Shown here: positions 1 to 14,527 of the stretch, one piece after another
Layout of the letters: every line of letters starts with the position of its first letter
Numbering within the stretch: position 1 is the first letter of the stretch
Origin: Catajapyx aquilonaris
Lineage: Eukaryota
Assembly (NCBI GenBank): GCA_000934665.2
Contig: KZ538478.1
Span: forward strand, 1-64,000
DNA length: 64,000 nt
Direction: 5' to 3'
Notes under the pieces: generated by a model
What the model was told of the DNA's origin: nothing
Database searches by the model: none
The model's input: only the letters and a program-made list of their open reading frames with translations
Program-made: the position numbers and the translations under genes

Positions 1-3000
1 AGAAGTGTCCAAAGGACAAGTGTACCGAGTTTCATACTTTTGTCACAAAATGCAAAGTTTGGGTCAAATTTGTCCCTTAGCACCTGGACTATATATAATA
101 TACTGCATACAATAGGCAATCATCATGATGTCGTTGGATCTGTCAACCTTACAATCAAAACCGAACTCGCCTCGTCGAAGTATTTTCAACATCAACCTCG
201 TTAGCGTTACTTTCTATCCGAGTTGAATATTGGTTATAAAGGCCACCCACACACATACTGACAGATGCATCGACAGCGTCTATAATCAAGATCCCTTTCA
301 ACTAAAAATATCATGGTTAAATATTAAAGTTTTCATTTGAACCTCTGAAGATTCCAGAATCATCCGAGCTCAACTTTTACTTGCTGATTAAAATTCATAT
401 GACTTACTTTCGGATAAGTTATCACGCCTATACTATGGGCTATATATATATATATATATATACGTAATTCTGAACTAAAATGCAGACCTTAGTGTTCTAT
501 AATTATTCTTACTGTAATCAATTATTTTTTACATGCCTCCTTTCGTCTACAAGCTGGAGGAAAAGCTCTGGAATCTTTGCTATAAAAACAAGCTACTTTC
601 ATATTGTTTTGAGGAAATGTCGCATTTTGGCCTTGCCTACATTATTTGCCACTGCAGTCAGAAAAAGGTTGGCGGCTTTCCTGCGGGGACATCTAAAATT
701 TACGGGCTTCCACAATAATTAAGTGACGTCCCACAAAGTTGCTCATATACACCTACCCACAACTTTAAAAACATGGCCGTTTTCACAGCAGGTTGGTGGC
801 GCCAGGGTTAGCCCAAGGTGGGAACTGAAGGTAGTAGGCCTATAGGAGAACAGGAAGGTTACTGCTTACAGCATGAAAATATATAATAAATCAGGCATGA
901 GGGAAGCTTGAATTCCTTCAGAAATAATTACAAACTGTGCAATAATTAAGTGTGTGCTTCGCCATAGGTAACTACAAGCACATACCGGTATCATTTTGTG
1001 CAATATTAGTTTTTGTATACAGTATATATAGTTTTCTCTACGGGACTGCAATAATATTACTGTGGACAAACCACAAAATGTGGCTACGGCATATTACATA
1101 ATGCTTCCGATTCAAAATCTATATAATTCCCTATTTTCTTGGCCAGGTCAGGTTATATATCCACAGTGTGCTGCACAAATAATTTCCGAGACTTCATTTC
1201 TGAAGAAAGGATGTTGCACTGGAAATGAAATATTGACTCCTGGGACTCCGCTCCCATCGGAAAGACGGGGAAGTAACCATAAAGCGTGACAGTGAGCAGT
1301 TTTTATATATCAACATGCCTAGTCAAAAATGGTATGGATTTCGCATTATTTTACTCCTGCTGATTTTTGTAGACTACACTGTAACACTATAGAGTTGACG
1401 CAAAGATTGACGAAATTGCGTAGTGTAAACTGGAGATGGGAAAAACAACACGTAGCCTACTTTATTAACCAGGCTAAATTCCCAACACAATTTTATTACG
1501 TCCTTTCATAGATCAAAAACGGTGTCAAATTTAACTGTGTTAACATTTACCGGTTGTGACGAGGTTTACACATCCAAGCAGAAAGTAGATATGGCATAAT
1601 AGCCCAGATCTTTCTGCTTGCAACCGCAGCACAGAGAAAGCTTATCTCGCGTTAATTTAGAGAGATGTGAAATTTTTGTTTTCATGTGCAATATACTGTA
1701 CAGTACATGCGGAAATCGGAAACTCAGGCACTGAAGTCCGATAAAAACTTTCTGGAGGATATAGTGGGGGGCAGTTTTAACATTAATAACGAAAGTAGTA
1801 TTTTGCAAAAGAGGGTAATTGATCCTATATGCACAATGAGACGTTCCCCATATTAATGTAGTGAATCCAAATCACGAAGACCTGGTGAGGATACTTTACA
1901 GATGCACACGACAAAGAATGTAATTTACCCGCCAACAAAACCACCTCGATATTTTGAGGCGTTGATTTTACTCTTTGAATTGTGATTGGCAGAAATCCAT
2001 CCAGGGAACATCTCTTAATAACAGCCTCGAAATCTTTGGCGCCCTAAGGCCCCAAGATATGAAAATGAGGTGGCAAGTATCAAGCGACGACTGCACTTGT
2101 TATGCGACATGGAAATTAATTTAGGCGTCGTTTGAGCCAAAAGCGGAAAAGCGACACGCCGCTTATCGTTACTGGAATAAACCGGTATTAACGGGAACAC
2201 ATGTCTCCTCAAAGAAATCTTGGCACGTCAGATTTCCCTAATCGCAAAGTTTTACAACTCCATAACTTCGTCGAAACCCCATATATGCAGAAGGGGCCAA
2301 AGTTCCCAGCATGAGCGAGATGAATTTACATCCTAATTATTATACAGAAAACACCCAGATATTCCATAACAACTTGAGCTTCAAGCTTCAATATACAGTA
2401 GTTGCTGCTTCTGTACTGTTATTTACAGCTTTTAGTAGACGTATACTGAGGCCGAATTTTTCAGAATATAAGCCGATGTATCATAATAGTTTTAATATGA
2501 TGTCACGACAATTGCCAGTTTAGTAGAAAGCAATAATTTTCAATAAAGTGGAATAGCTCGTAATTACTTCATTATGAGTAATTTTTTTGTTATTTGGCGC
2601 ATGTAAAACTCATTATGAGGTGTCTTGTGATGGGCTTCGTGCCACTATGTCATGAATAATTGACATCAAAATTGGCATAAAATGTGGTTGTTTCATTCCT
2701 TTGGGAAATCCCTGGCCCCTGAGCCCCCAAGCCGCATTATAATAATGGAGATTCTATATTGGTACTTTTTTTGAGCCATCCATTAGTCTCCGGCAATTTT
2801 TATTGCAAAATGCCAATGCCACTACTACTGCTCCTATCATGTGGCTAAAGTCCATGGTGGTGTGGCAAGTTTAATCAAGCTTACGTAATACTCGTACGAA
2901 AAGAAACAATCCCTCTGTTGCATCTTGTAATCATTAAAAAATTCAATTTAAATCACAAATATTTTCAAAGCTAAGAAACAAGCATACTCAACTAAAACAT

Positions 3001-4307
3001 GTATCAGGCTTTCTCAATCGATTATAGGCCTAATTCCAGTGAATAACCTGATATGATAACGATTGTAACTATAAAGTAGTGTACGAGTATTATGAGCTGT
3101 CTTTCTGCGAATCGAAATCCCCACACCATATCAGCTTCAACTCTTTCAATTTGCGTGTCCACAACTTCAACCACAATCATGCATCACGCATGTCGCATTA
3201 GAGACAAAGATGTCTTTTGTGTAATTATCCCATAAGCAATTTTAAGTGACTCTATACCATGAAATCATCGCATCGCACTTGGTGTATAGTTACAATGCAT
3301 TTTGGTATTGCAGAAGACGTCCTGGCAGAGAGAATACCTGGCGTGATTGTGTTAACAATGGATGTCATCTAGCAGACACTATCTCTATCTTCAGTATAGG
3401 CCTATATATTGAGAGCACGAAAGGCACAGCATGGTGCTTTATTTTCAGCGGAAAAGATTTATCGAAATGGCTACTACACAGTATTAGGCCTATAAAACAT
3501 AATCGTGCAGAGTCCAATTCCCAGAACTCGAGTGTTGGATCGACTATTATTTTCATAAAGGATGTTCCTATTGAAATGTCCTCAGTGGTTTGTGGCGAGT
3601 TAATCGTGGACAACTCAGGTCTATAGCTGTTTTATTATACTAAAAAATACGGTCAAGCCCCTGAATAATCTCACATCCCATTTATATTAATGAACATTCT
3701 AGTGACTCAGGATGATGCAGAGATGATCATGTGGGCCGCAAAAATTTCTCTCTTCTCCGCTAATGCTGTGCCACGGCTAAATGGCGCTATAAATCAAGAA
3801 TGGTTATTTTTTCCGCGGACACAGAAATTCCACCCCGTTATCATGTTGTCATTGCTGTAATTAAGTTGACATCCTAGTCTGCGTAATGGACAAGGTCCAA
3901 GCATTGAAACCACCACACCAAATGGCCCATAGTGGCCGATAAAATGCGCGGTTCCCAATAATTACAAACTGGCTCCGATGGCATCAACGCCGAGCCAATT
4001 TGGTTACAATGTAGGCGTTTGATGGGAAGGGGCGTATGAAAAGTGCCCCTTTTGCAGCCGCTTTTCACCTGAATACATTTTATGGGCTGCTAGGTAAAAA
4101 CACTCACAATAATGGGCTACCAGACCTTATCAAATATAACCTACAGGGTGTTTCAGTTACCACATCCCTGTTTACGTTATCAATTTTGGAAGTACGCCGT
4201 TGACTCTTAAGGAATAATAATTATTTTCAAACAATTGTTCTTAGTGGCTCTCTAAAATTAGACGGACTGGAATCATCCGAATTGCAATGAATTTCTGAGT
4301 TTAACAT

Positions 4308-4600
4308 TTTTTTATTTTATTTTATTTATTTATTTATTTTGTAATACCCCGTGATAGGGCGGAGCATTCTTAGGGGGAAAGGGAGGGCGCTGTAATTTTT
4401 AGTCATTTCTGACTTTGTGAAATACACCAGACCTTTTCTCCTGGCCCTGGGCAGAGTAGGGAGTGCAATTCTGCCCCGGCATGTCGGGTGAAAAGCGGAA
4501 AAAGACCCGGCCAAGCAGAGGTGACGGGGACGGGATTTGAACCACGGCCTCCCGCTTGGCTGGCCAGTGGTGTAACCACTAGACCACCATGCCTCCCTCC
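4308..4600 (-). mobile_element. tRNA-derived SINE (family A)
   Basis: TGGTCTAGTGG and GGTTCAAATCC boxes, (AAAT)n tail, 11-bp TSD GAGTTTAACAT; homologues at 46760-47030 (+) and 63441-63741 (-). Confidence 0.9.
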
Positions 4601-5165
4601 GAGTTTAACATATTGGAAATTACAAGTTATAACCACTGATACCCTCGGTGAAGTTCTCCTGCAGTGGTTGACAATGTCCTTTATAACCTCCTTACAAACC
4701 CTTTAAAAATAACATTGTCATAATAAGCATGTACTGGGTACATCATAGGCCATATACGCTGCGCAATGAACTCGTGTTTGAAGTGACTGACCTGAGTCGA
4801 GTAAATACGTGTACTCACCACACAATGAGTGATCGGATAATGGCCTATTCACAAACACATCTGAAGGGTACAATTAGCTACTGAAGTCCAGCACCGGGAA
4901 TGTGAGGCTGAGTTTTCAATTCTCCCGCCTTCTTTTTAATGGCTTCATTTCTATGTGCTCCAGCACACATATACTGGTCCCAAACCAGAAGAGAAGGTTT
5001 GCTTATCTTTGTATCTCTATGGTGTCATCTGAATGCCCTCGGTTACTGAACATACTCACAACTTTTACAGTGCTAATAATAATGATAATGATGATGATGA
5101 TGATGATAAACTTACTGCTGCTGCTACTACACAAAGTGTCAAGTGCATGAAAATGTATTACCGGT

Positions 5166-5600
5166 ACAATCTGTCTGAATAAGTTTTGGCCACTTTATCC
5201 TGGTCTTGAAGCAATCCTTCGCACAGGCCCCACGGTGTGTGTGTGTTCTTGTCTTCAATAAGGTGTGGGGACGGAAACAGGTGTGTTACTGTAACTCTGG
5301 GGATGTTGACCCAATTGTGGGGACATTTTAGGTCCCCACAGGGCCAACAGCTTCACACACGAGAATATTACCGTTACATTGGGGACATGTCCCCACTATT
5401 TCGTTTTGCACGGTTTCACAAAAGTCAATTTCTCTCAGCCTAGGTTAGTTAGGGTAGGGTAGGGTAGGTTAGTTTACACTCGCTTTGAAAAGTTGTCCTT
5501 TTTACGTCCCCACACCTTAGTGAAAACAGGTCTGTGTGGGTGTGAAGGGTTGCTTCAAGACAAGGATAAAATGGCCAAAACTTATTGAGACAGATTCTGC
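5166..5600. mobile_element. Tc1/mariner-type MITE with a nested TG-targeted TIR element (~5246-5532)
   Basis: Outer arms match the uninterrupted copy at 39502-39659; the inner element has GTGTGGGGAC/GTCCCCACAC ends and GGTTA/GGGTA repeats. Confidence 0.7.
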
Positions 5601-6361
5601 ATGAAATATATATTGTAGTGTGTCTTACTGACCTTTAAATAAAATCAATGTCATGTTACCACTTTGGTCTGCAGATTGCAATGTATGTCACAGGGATGGT
5701 ACATTGCCACTGTCTTGTTTGTGTACAGTAGCAAACAGCAGTATGAGCACATGTGAGTAATGCATGACGCATAATTTTTGAATTAAAGAATATTCCAAAA
5801 TTGGAGGAATTTTACTTTTGCTATTTCCTGCCACTACTTGCACAAAAATAAAAATTCAATAGGTGGGTCACTTTGGATTATGTTGTGGTGGGTTCCTGAT
5901 GGAGATTAGGCTAACAGGTTCATGCCGTGTTGATGAATACACTTTATCGTTATGCTAATACTTTATTTTTTTCAATATTCACTCATCAAACAGTTCCTTA
6001 ATCAATAACGATGCCAATAATAATCATGCAATATCATCTTGGAATTATGTACAGTGTAACACAGTGAAACCTGTGAAGTGAGGAACAACGCAAAAACAGT
6101 ATAGACGACACCCCAGACAGTTCTTATTCTGTAAAGATACAGGTGTGGATAGATGGTCCACTCGCAGAAGTGGATGTTGAAACCGCGGTGCCAGTGCTTT
6201 TGTGTGCTGTTGTACAGTGTCGAACCATTGTTGTTGCCTCTGATCCGTTGTCCCAGAAGGTGAACATTGTCACCCTGCCAGACTTCTGATACTCCTCCTC
6301 CTTCTCTTCAAAATCAGTTTGCACAGCTACCTGCAGACAGAAGCATGATTGTATGAAAATT

Positions 6362-6628
6362 GAGGCGCTCAGAGGAAGAATGGCATATCCCAACCGGATT
6401 TCAATCCTTTCATTTTGAGAAAATTGACTTTTGTGTTTGGTTTGTGTATGTGTTTCCAATACGGACAAATTTTACAATAGGAATATGTGAGCTATTTGAC
6501 ATATTATCCCAAATCATTTGGTACTTCAGCACATGAAAGGTTGACGACATGAGAGTACCGGTACAACAGCACTACAATCTCAAAATTGGAGGTCGGTTGG
6601 GATATGCCGTTCTTCCTATGAGCGCCTC
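6362..6628. mobile_element. Sola-like MITE
   Basis: GAGGCGCTCA... termini, ~40-bp TIRs, 4-bp AATT TSD. Confidence 0.7.
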
Positions 6629-8691
6629 AATTATGCAAGGTAAAATTCCTACACTCCTTAGTTGCCATTACTAATAAATTATCATTTCAAATCAATTTAA
6701 ATGTTAAGAAAAAACCTAATATTAGGTCATAACCACAGTACTTAAGTTACATGTCATGAGCATGTGTGTGTAGTTGAATTTTTACTCATGTGCCCTGATT
6801 ATGTGGGATAATTATCTAAATGCTGGGTTCCATAATGTTTTAAATATCTATGTTCTGTACTCACTTCGAAATAAAGTATGGATTTACTTCAGTGGTATCA
6901 ATTGATCACCTGTGTATGATGAAACTTAGCAGAACTGAGCAATAAATGGCACGTACAATACCTCAGCAGGGTGTTGATGCAGGGTGTGCAAAGGCAGGAG
7001 AAATGTATATGGTGAGTCAATATTAAATCCACCCTTTTCGCCCAATGCAATGCCTGTACTTATATGCATGTACCCTCTCGCAAAAGACGCTAAATACTCG
7101 TACAGTATTTCTTAAAGGTGCCAAAGAAAAGTAAAAGTAAATTTGTGGGCATAATGTCCCTACGTCACCGGAGGACGAACTATTTGCACGTCAACGGCCT
7201 AAGGCTAACAATTAACCGGGAATTTCATCCGAAACAGCTAAAATCCATTCAGCTACCATTGTTATTGGTGCCCGTCTTACACGACCTGTCTTGGTTAGTT
7301 CAGTCTCTGCTGAAGCAGGCGAGCAGCACATGCATGTTTTCAAAAATAAAATAACGATCCTATTACCTATGGAAGAAAGATCTGCACCAAATAATTCTAC
7401 GACTTTATGAAGATGGTGAAGGAATGGTCCGTAACTTTTATGCTATTGCATGGTGATTCCGTGAGCAGGAAGCGCGACGCAATTAAGAACTTTTCGGAAA
7501 ATGTCGGAAGGAAAATACCCTCACGCCCAAAAGAACACCATTTGCATTATATTCCCGGACAATAACATTTGAACTGCATGCAGAGCCATCGGTTAGAACA
7601 ACAGAAACGTGACCTCGATCGAAACAGGGCAGAAAGTGGCTGCAGTCTCGACATCCTCGTGATTCCTCCCAACCCTTTTGAATTGCCGCGACTGTCGTCA
7701 TCCACACGCGTCATCCGAGGGGGAGCCAATCAGAGGCCGGAATGTTGATGGCTCAGCCTTTTATTACTACAGTAAAACCGCGCTGCATTACTTTTCAGTG
7801 ATTGTCCTGTACATTATATTGAACACCTGGTTTTGTTTCCCTCTCCCTGGTAATCAAACCCACATTTTCAATAGAAAGAAATTGGCAAATATACAGCGGG
7901 TTAATCAGAACCGAGGATCCAAAGATCGAGCAGGTGAACAGAGTGCTCAATTCGCCGGCTGGGACAAGCCGGGCTTGCGGAGAATTGCTTCGTCGGGGGG
8001 GAGGGGGAAGATAGCCAAAGAATACTGTGAATGAATACTGTGTGGCACGAGTGTGGCAGGTGTAGCAACACTAATATATAATATATCTGTATCAATGTGA
8101 TGGCTATAATAGCGCAAGTCGCTGGGTGACGTTGGGTGATTTCAGAACAACAAGCGATAGATGGCACTGGTGGTCGTAGGTGGTCCTCTGACGGTTGTCA
8201 TTCTCCCTCCCCCTGAAGGGCGCCAGTGGGGGCTTCGGCCTGGGCGCCCAAATTTTTTCATCTTCTTGGATGGTGTGTTGAGAGCGTGGTCGAGAGCATT
8301 CAGCATTCAATTCAGGGGTAATATAAGAACCGATATATCAAACGGAGCTCACATCGCACATGATCACAGTCAATGAAAAAGCAAGTACGGTCTTGGTATG
8401 GTACCAGACCACCGCATTTGTGTAAAATAATGCACGAATCTCTTCATGGAGGTGGAATTAATGACATCTAAGTGTCAGTGGTAAACTAATGATGATAAAG
8501 GTGGGAAGAGGGTTTAATAAATTGCAAAACACGGACAATTAATCAACAGAGATACACAAGTCGAAATCAGTCGAAATGTTATAATGAATTGACCATTTTA
8601 AACAACAAAGGGCCGCAAAGATTGGAGAGTGCAGAAAATTTTATTTTTATGCTGCTTTGATGGTATATTAGGTTCAATTTTTAAGTCAATA

Positions 8692-10072
8692 CTAGCAGTA
8701 GCAGGATACCCGGCGTTGCTCGGGTTATGAAATACTTTTCCATAGGAGTAACTCATTGGTTAGTAACCTTTGAAATAATAATGGCTATACAATGTTGGCA
8801 TACCTTAACACGGAGCATATTGCATGTGCATGAAGTCCAAACAACACACTACGGATGTCAGATTGTAAGAAAATACACAATACACCTTCAAAATCCAGCA
8901 AAAGTATGTAATGAAAAATTGAAGGTTGTGCAGTAAATGTAGAATAGCATTGAAATACCGGCACCTCTCTTAGTCATTCCCCAACCCAAAAATGGCCAAT
9001 CTGGCCAGGGTGACTGTGCCAGCAGGCAGTTATGGGGTCACTGGAGAACTCTAGCCCCACCACCACGTCAAGGTCATGGATGAGCTTTTTTTTAAAAAAT
9101 TATTTAAAAAAAATGAATGTGAATGAAATGGCTTGGTGCTAATCTGCAGTGGTGTGATGAATTAGGATGTGAGGAAGTGAGCGTGAAAGAGTGTCAGGAA
9201 GAGCGAGAGAGAGAGAAGGTGTCATGAAGTAATGATCAGACCAGGGCTTCGGTGTACACAATGTTCTTAGTTTTCCCATCTGGTGCATAAACATAGAGAC
9301 TGCTAGGGCTTCCCACACGTGACGCTCCAACATACTGAGCCAGCCCAACGTCAGTATTAGCCTACTCCTTTATGCTCCATCATAAGGTGTACAGTATTGA
9401 TAGGTCTGCAAATTTTATTGGCATGTACTTATATATTCTTGGTTACATTATAGTCTTGACAGTGATGGAATCCAACAAAAAATTCCAGGAAGCTAATACT
9501 GACGTTGGGCTGGCTCAGTAAAAGAGTATAGACTATAGACATAGCTTAATTCAATAGTTTTTTCTGATCCAGTTAAGTAATCAGTTATTTTTTTAAATCA
9601 CTTACTTGAGTCTCCGAACAAACGGCACCCATTGCCACCTCCTTTCCTCTTCCCATGGCTTACCTGAGAAATTGTAGAAATCCATGCCTTTTCCCTTCGT
9701 GTTTGCGTACATATTCGTACAGGACGCTACGACACATTCCGTGTGCGACATGATTCTGGTGCTCACTGGTGTCCCTGTCGTACCCTACACAGAAAACGAG
9801 GCCTGGAATAGTCACCAAACACCACTTCACCCAGCCCCTGCAATTATAGCTCTCTTTTCCCGTGCGCTTAGCTGGTCCGCTATCCGCTGATGCAGAGTCC
9901 AAAAACCCGGATGTAAAGCCCTGTATCAAATCTCATTCGGGGGGACGTCTCTGAACCGATCTGAACCTACCTGCACCGTCCAATCCCATCAGCACTTGCT
10001 TGCAGATCCACTGCACCAGCCACCCGAATGCAGGTAAAAGGGGTTTTGTTAGTATCGATTATTATGTATAGA
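8692..10072 (-). mobile_element. Non-autonomous Helitron sharing its 3' ~250 bp with 10666-12874
   Basis: Minus strand starts TCTATACATAATAAT and ends GCAACGCCGGGTATCCTGCTACTGCTAG; 8700-8945 is the reverse complement of ~12620-12873. Confidence 0.7.
9333..9520. mobile_element. TA-flanked MITE
   Basis: Perfect ~29-bp TIR TACTGAGCCAGCCCAACGTCAGTATTAGC. Confidence 0.75.
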
Positions 10073-10461
10073 TATGATAATTTTTTGGATTGGGAGTTAT
10101 TAAGTAATAGTAGATGTGTTGTTATAACATTATTGATTGATTGGTTACATCGTATTTCGGGTGGCTGATGGTTGGATCTGCAAATGGGGGCTGATGGGAT
10201 TGGACGGTGTAGATACCCCACCCCAAAACCCTACACTTTTGTCATTGCTTCTCGCGGAAGTGCAGTTTTTGTTACTACATCACGTAAACAACCCCATTAA
10301 AATGTTCCAAAATTTTTATATCTTGTCAAGACAATCTTCCTCTGCATATTGCACCAACTCGGGGCCGATTATCGAGATTGATTTAATTATGCGAAAATAA
10401 AAAATTGGGCATATGAGTGATATCGGAACTTAGGCTATGTCACAGCAGCTTGAGTTAGGTA

Positions 10462-10493
10462 TAGTAGTAGTAGTACGTAGTAGTAGTAGTACG

Positions 10494-10553
<60 letters not shown>

Positions 10554-10665
10554 CGGTAGTAGTAGTAGTAGTAGTAGTAGCAGTAGTAGTAGTAGCAGCA
10601 GTAGTAATAATAATTATCATCATCATCATCATTATTATTAGCAATAGTATCAGTAATGATAATAA
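10462..10665. repeat. Compound trinucleotide microsatellite (TAG/TAA/CAT)
   Basis: Direct reading. Confidence 0.95.
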
Positions 10666-10914
10666 TCTAATACATATTTCAAGACGTATGTCTTTCCTGT
10701 TATTCGCTATGCAAATCCATACGGAGGTCCCGACATATGCCCCAGGGATATCATTAGGGGTAGTTTTTTACCGGGAATGTCATCAGCACATTGGAATTCA
10801 CCTCCGAGGTCATCCTTGGCCACAGGAGGCAAAAAGGACTTTGGGAAGTTGGCATCCTGTTCTAATAATGCGCATTTTTGTATTACCAACCCCCTGTTCT
10901 GTTTCCATGGAGAT

Positions 10915-10953
<39 letters not shown>

Positions 10954-12871
10954 CCCTCCCTCCCTCCCCTCCCCTCCCCCCCTCCCACCTCCTCCAGCGC
11001 ATCAGTGTCATTACATTTCTACGTGGTGGCTGTACTTTGGCCAGTGCTTTGCACTCACATTGGTTGCATACTTTATTGTTCCATTTTAGAATTTATTACA
11101 CACTGTTGCCTTGGTAACGAGACTACTGGTGTAATTGGGTGATGATCACGTTCTGTTCGTAATATTCAAAGAGTTCCATATCTTACTATCCTATGGTATC
11201 TCATTCCATGTTTATCCTAGACACGGTGGCACGGTCCAGCTACGGCCTCGGGGCAGGCCCAGGGTTCGAGCTGGTGGTATACAAATGCGCTGTATGTCAG
11301 AGTAGCGGTTTTGGGTTGTTTCTTCAGGCAGCCTGTCGGGATTTTCTTGGCGTACTTTTTCTGCCATACCTTTTCCCCTACGTACTGTGTCATGTGCTTT
11401 TTGTCGGAATTCTCCTGTTCCGAACTGTCTTACGTTCTGCGTCATGTAGTTTTCAATCGTTTTGCTTTTATTTGTTTTTTCCCCCTTTCTAAAATTTTGA
11501 TCTCCGCATTCTCAATGTATATTCAACAGTCGTTATGGGATGCGGTTTAACGTGTTTAAGGTGTGGTATAATGTGTATAATGGTATTACGTGTATAAGGT
11601 GTGGGATAATGTGGTCTACGTAGGTACTGTGTCATGTAGTTTTCAATCTTTTTTGCATTTGTTTGTTTTTTCACTTTGTAACGTTTGGACCTCCACATTC
11701 TCAACACCCCACCGACTTTAAGATGGGCCTAAAAACATAGTAGCATTGGCATAAGCGCATTGGATACATACAGAGTTCGGCTAAGGATGAGGGACCAAGA
11801 GACTGAGGAAGAACACCAAGCATATCTCCACTCTATGAGAAACGCGGCCATCAGTCGGAGATTAGCTACATTTTCATCAACCCACCTCCTACGTGCCGCT
11901 TTCCACTACTCAGCAGACATGGACTATTCTTCTGTCGGTGTTGTTGCAATTGGATCTATGTCAATTGTCAGGCAAAGAAGGGGAAGAGTGAAACAAAAAC
12001 GATATGTTGATCCATTGGAAAGGTTAGCCTTCCTCTACTGGCTGAGCCTCCACAGCTACTTAAAATGCTCCTCTCAGGTACATCACCTGATTCAAAACAT
12101 TTCCTGAAGACCATCAGAAATTACAATTCGGCCTTCCAGATGACATCTTTTGGGGCCAACGTTGTTAGAGAAGGGGGCTTCATGCCTATACATTCAAAGT
12201 GCAAGGGCAAATTTACCATCGCATGGGATCACTTCCTTCCTTCAGAAAATGAGAGTCCGCGGTTTCTGCAGCTTTACTTCGTGGGGAACATGCAACAGCA
12301 GGCGGAATACCGTTGCACCTACTTAAACGGCACACGCCTCGACATCATACTGCAACTTCAGGAGATGATCCATTCCACTCATGTCAAGAGCTTCAAACTT
12401 GCACAAAACATGTTTGCAACCATCTTGCAATGAGACTGCTGTGATCATGAGTGGTCAGGAGCATGGTAATAAGAAGGATATTGTGTTGAGGCTTCGAGAC
12501 AACACGCTTCATCTATGCAATTATGAACGTAATTGGCCATTCCAATTGGCATGTGCATCAAGTCCAAAAAACACACAATGGATGTCAGATTGTAAGCTCT
12601 GCCATGCTGGAGCTTCTACATTCTACATTTACTGCACAACCTTCAATATTTCATTACATACTTTTGCTGGATTTTGGAGGTGTATTGTGTATTTTCTTAC
12701 AATCCGACATCCGCAGTGTGTTGTTTGGACTTCATGCACAAGCAATATGCTCCATGTTACTGGTATGCCAACATTGTATACCCATAATTATTATTGCAAA
12801 GGTAACTACCAATCAATGAGTCACTCCTATGGAAAAGTATTTCATAACCCTAGCAACGCCGGGTATCCTGC

Positions 12872-12874
<3 letters not shown>
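10666..12874 (+). mobile_element. Deleted Helitron with a RepHel remnant
   Basis: 5' TC start; 3' GCAACGCCGGGTATCCTGCTAA end; frameshifted HFLKTIRNYNSAFQMTSFGA...GGFMP and PRFLQLYFVG, typical of Helitron RepHel N-terminal regions (~11760-12500). Confidence 0.85.
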
Positions 12875-12951
<77 letters not shown>

Positions 12952-12975
12952 CCTGCTGATGCATAGAGTAAATTA

Positions 12976-13038
<63 letters not shown>
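12872..13038. repeat. (TAA)n and (TTA)n microsatellites in inverted arrangement
   Basis: Direct reading; other simple repeats at 442-462, 10917-10950, 13652-13681, 29012-29068 and 57915-57990. Confidence 0.95.
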
Positions 13039-13039
<1 letters not shown>

Positions 13040-13648
13040 GGTTTTGCACGGACCTTGATCCATCAGTACCTAACTCAAGCTGTTGTAATATACCCTAAGT
13101 TCCGATATCTCTCATGCTCACTTTTTTATTTTCGATTAAATCAACCTCGATAATTGGCCCCGAGTTGGTGTAATTTGCAAAGGAAGATTGTCTTTACAAC
13201 ATATTAAAATTTGGAACATTTTAATGTGGTTGTTTGAGTGGTGTAGTAACACAAACTGCACTTGCGGCGAGAAGCAATGACAAAGGGTAGGGTTTTGTAT
13301 GTCCTCGTGTAACAGATTCCCCGCTCAACCGCTCCGATGGAGATGTACGGCATGAGACGGAGCTTGAATGGAGCTTTCATTCGGTATGCATTGCATATTT
13401 TTAGTCCCAATAGGCGCCTCACAGTGACGGCGCAAAGCGAGCCGCAATCGCCATAAGGCGCCACGCTAATTCGTATTCCCGCCTCCCTTTTGCCAGTCGT
13501 CACGTGATCCCCCCGCGTTAGTGAAGCTCCCTTCCACGAGGAGGAGCTGGCGATCTGGCCGAAAAACAAACAACGAAGCAAGCTGAGAAAATGGCCGCCA
13601 GACGTACTGGGCGTACTGGTCAAGATACGACGAGATGTGTATTACGTA

Positions 13649-13682
<34 letters not shown>

Positions 13683-14197
13683 CAGGGATGAGTTAGCATG
13701 AACGCTCTTTTCCAGATTGCTGTGTTTTTGGTGTTGTGTGTTCGAAGGGTTACTGTGACGTCTGCGGTTGTCCATCGTCCCCTGGTAAGTGGAATAGGTG
13801 AAGCCGGTTTACATGTGTAGTGAGGGAAAAATTAGACCAATTGCAGGAGTTCGATGATGAAGACGACAAGTCTGGGAAGGAGGAGATTGATAAGAAAGAG
13901 ATGACGGAGGAGGGAGAGGAAGAAGAGGAGAAGACGGAGGAGGGGAAGAAGAAGAAAGGGGAGATGGATGCGGGAGAGAAAGAAGAGGTGGTTGAGGGAG
14001 AGAAAGAAGAGGGTATGGATGAAGAAGAGAAGGAAGGAGATGAGACGGGACAAGGACATTAGTTTTTAGTAGGCGTGCAGGGTAACCTGTGTATATACCT
14101 GGGAGTACATTTTAAAAATCACGCTTTTCTGTGTAAAGGTTCTCTAATTCATTTAACGGTATCCTTCCACCTTCCATCCTGACACCTATGCAACCCT

Positions 14198-14527
14198 CTT
14201 TTTTTCCTGTACCCCGTTATCTGGCCGATAGGACATTTCTAGGGGGGTGGGTTACCACCATTTGTGGTTTGGAGGATATATATACGTATTTCTAATTGCT
14301 CCAAGGGTAATTAGGAGGGGATGTGCGAAGTGCAAGTGCAATGTCGTTATATGGTCATTTTGTGAACTCCCCCGGGTGGGTTAGTCTAGCGGATATTCCC
14401 ACCCGAAACGAAGCCAGAGATGGCCCAACTCTGCACGAAGGAAGGTGGGAACCCCGGGTGGGGATTGAACCCGGGACCTTAACTTCCGTGAGCGCACGCG
14501 TTACCGCGGCGCCACTCCGTCTCCCCT
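14198..14527 (-). mobile_element. tRNA-derived SINE (family D)
   Basis: TGGCGCCGCGG and GGTTCAATCCCC boxes, tail GATAACGGGGTA plus A-run, 12-bp TSD CTATGCAACCCT. Confidence 0.85.

Noticed and set aside
6124..7730. Possible spliced THAP-like/transposon protein remnant on the minus strand
   Set aside because: Only a weak FxxFPK-like word and one plausible acceptor, interrupted by stops; cannot be supported by eye.
10435..13153. Poly-L, poly-N and poly-I ORFs
   Set aside because: Translations of trinucleotide microsatellites.
13820..14062. Glu/Lys-rich ORF
   Set aside because: Low-complexity purine tract with no convincing splice or domain context.
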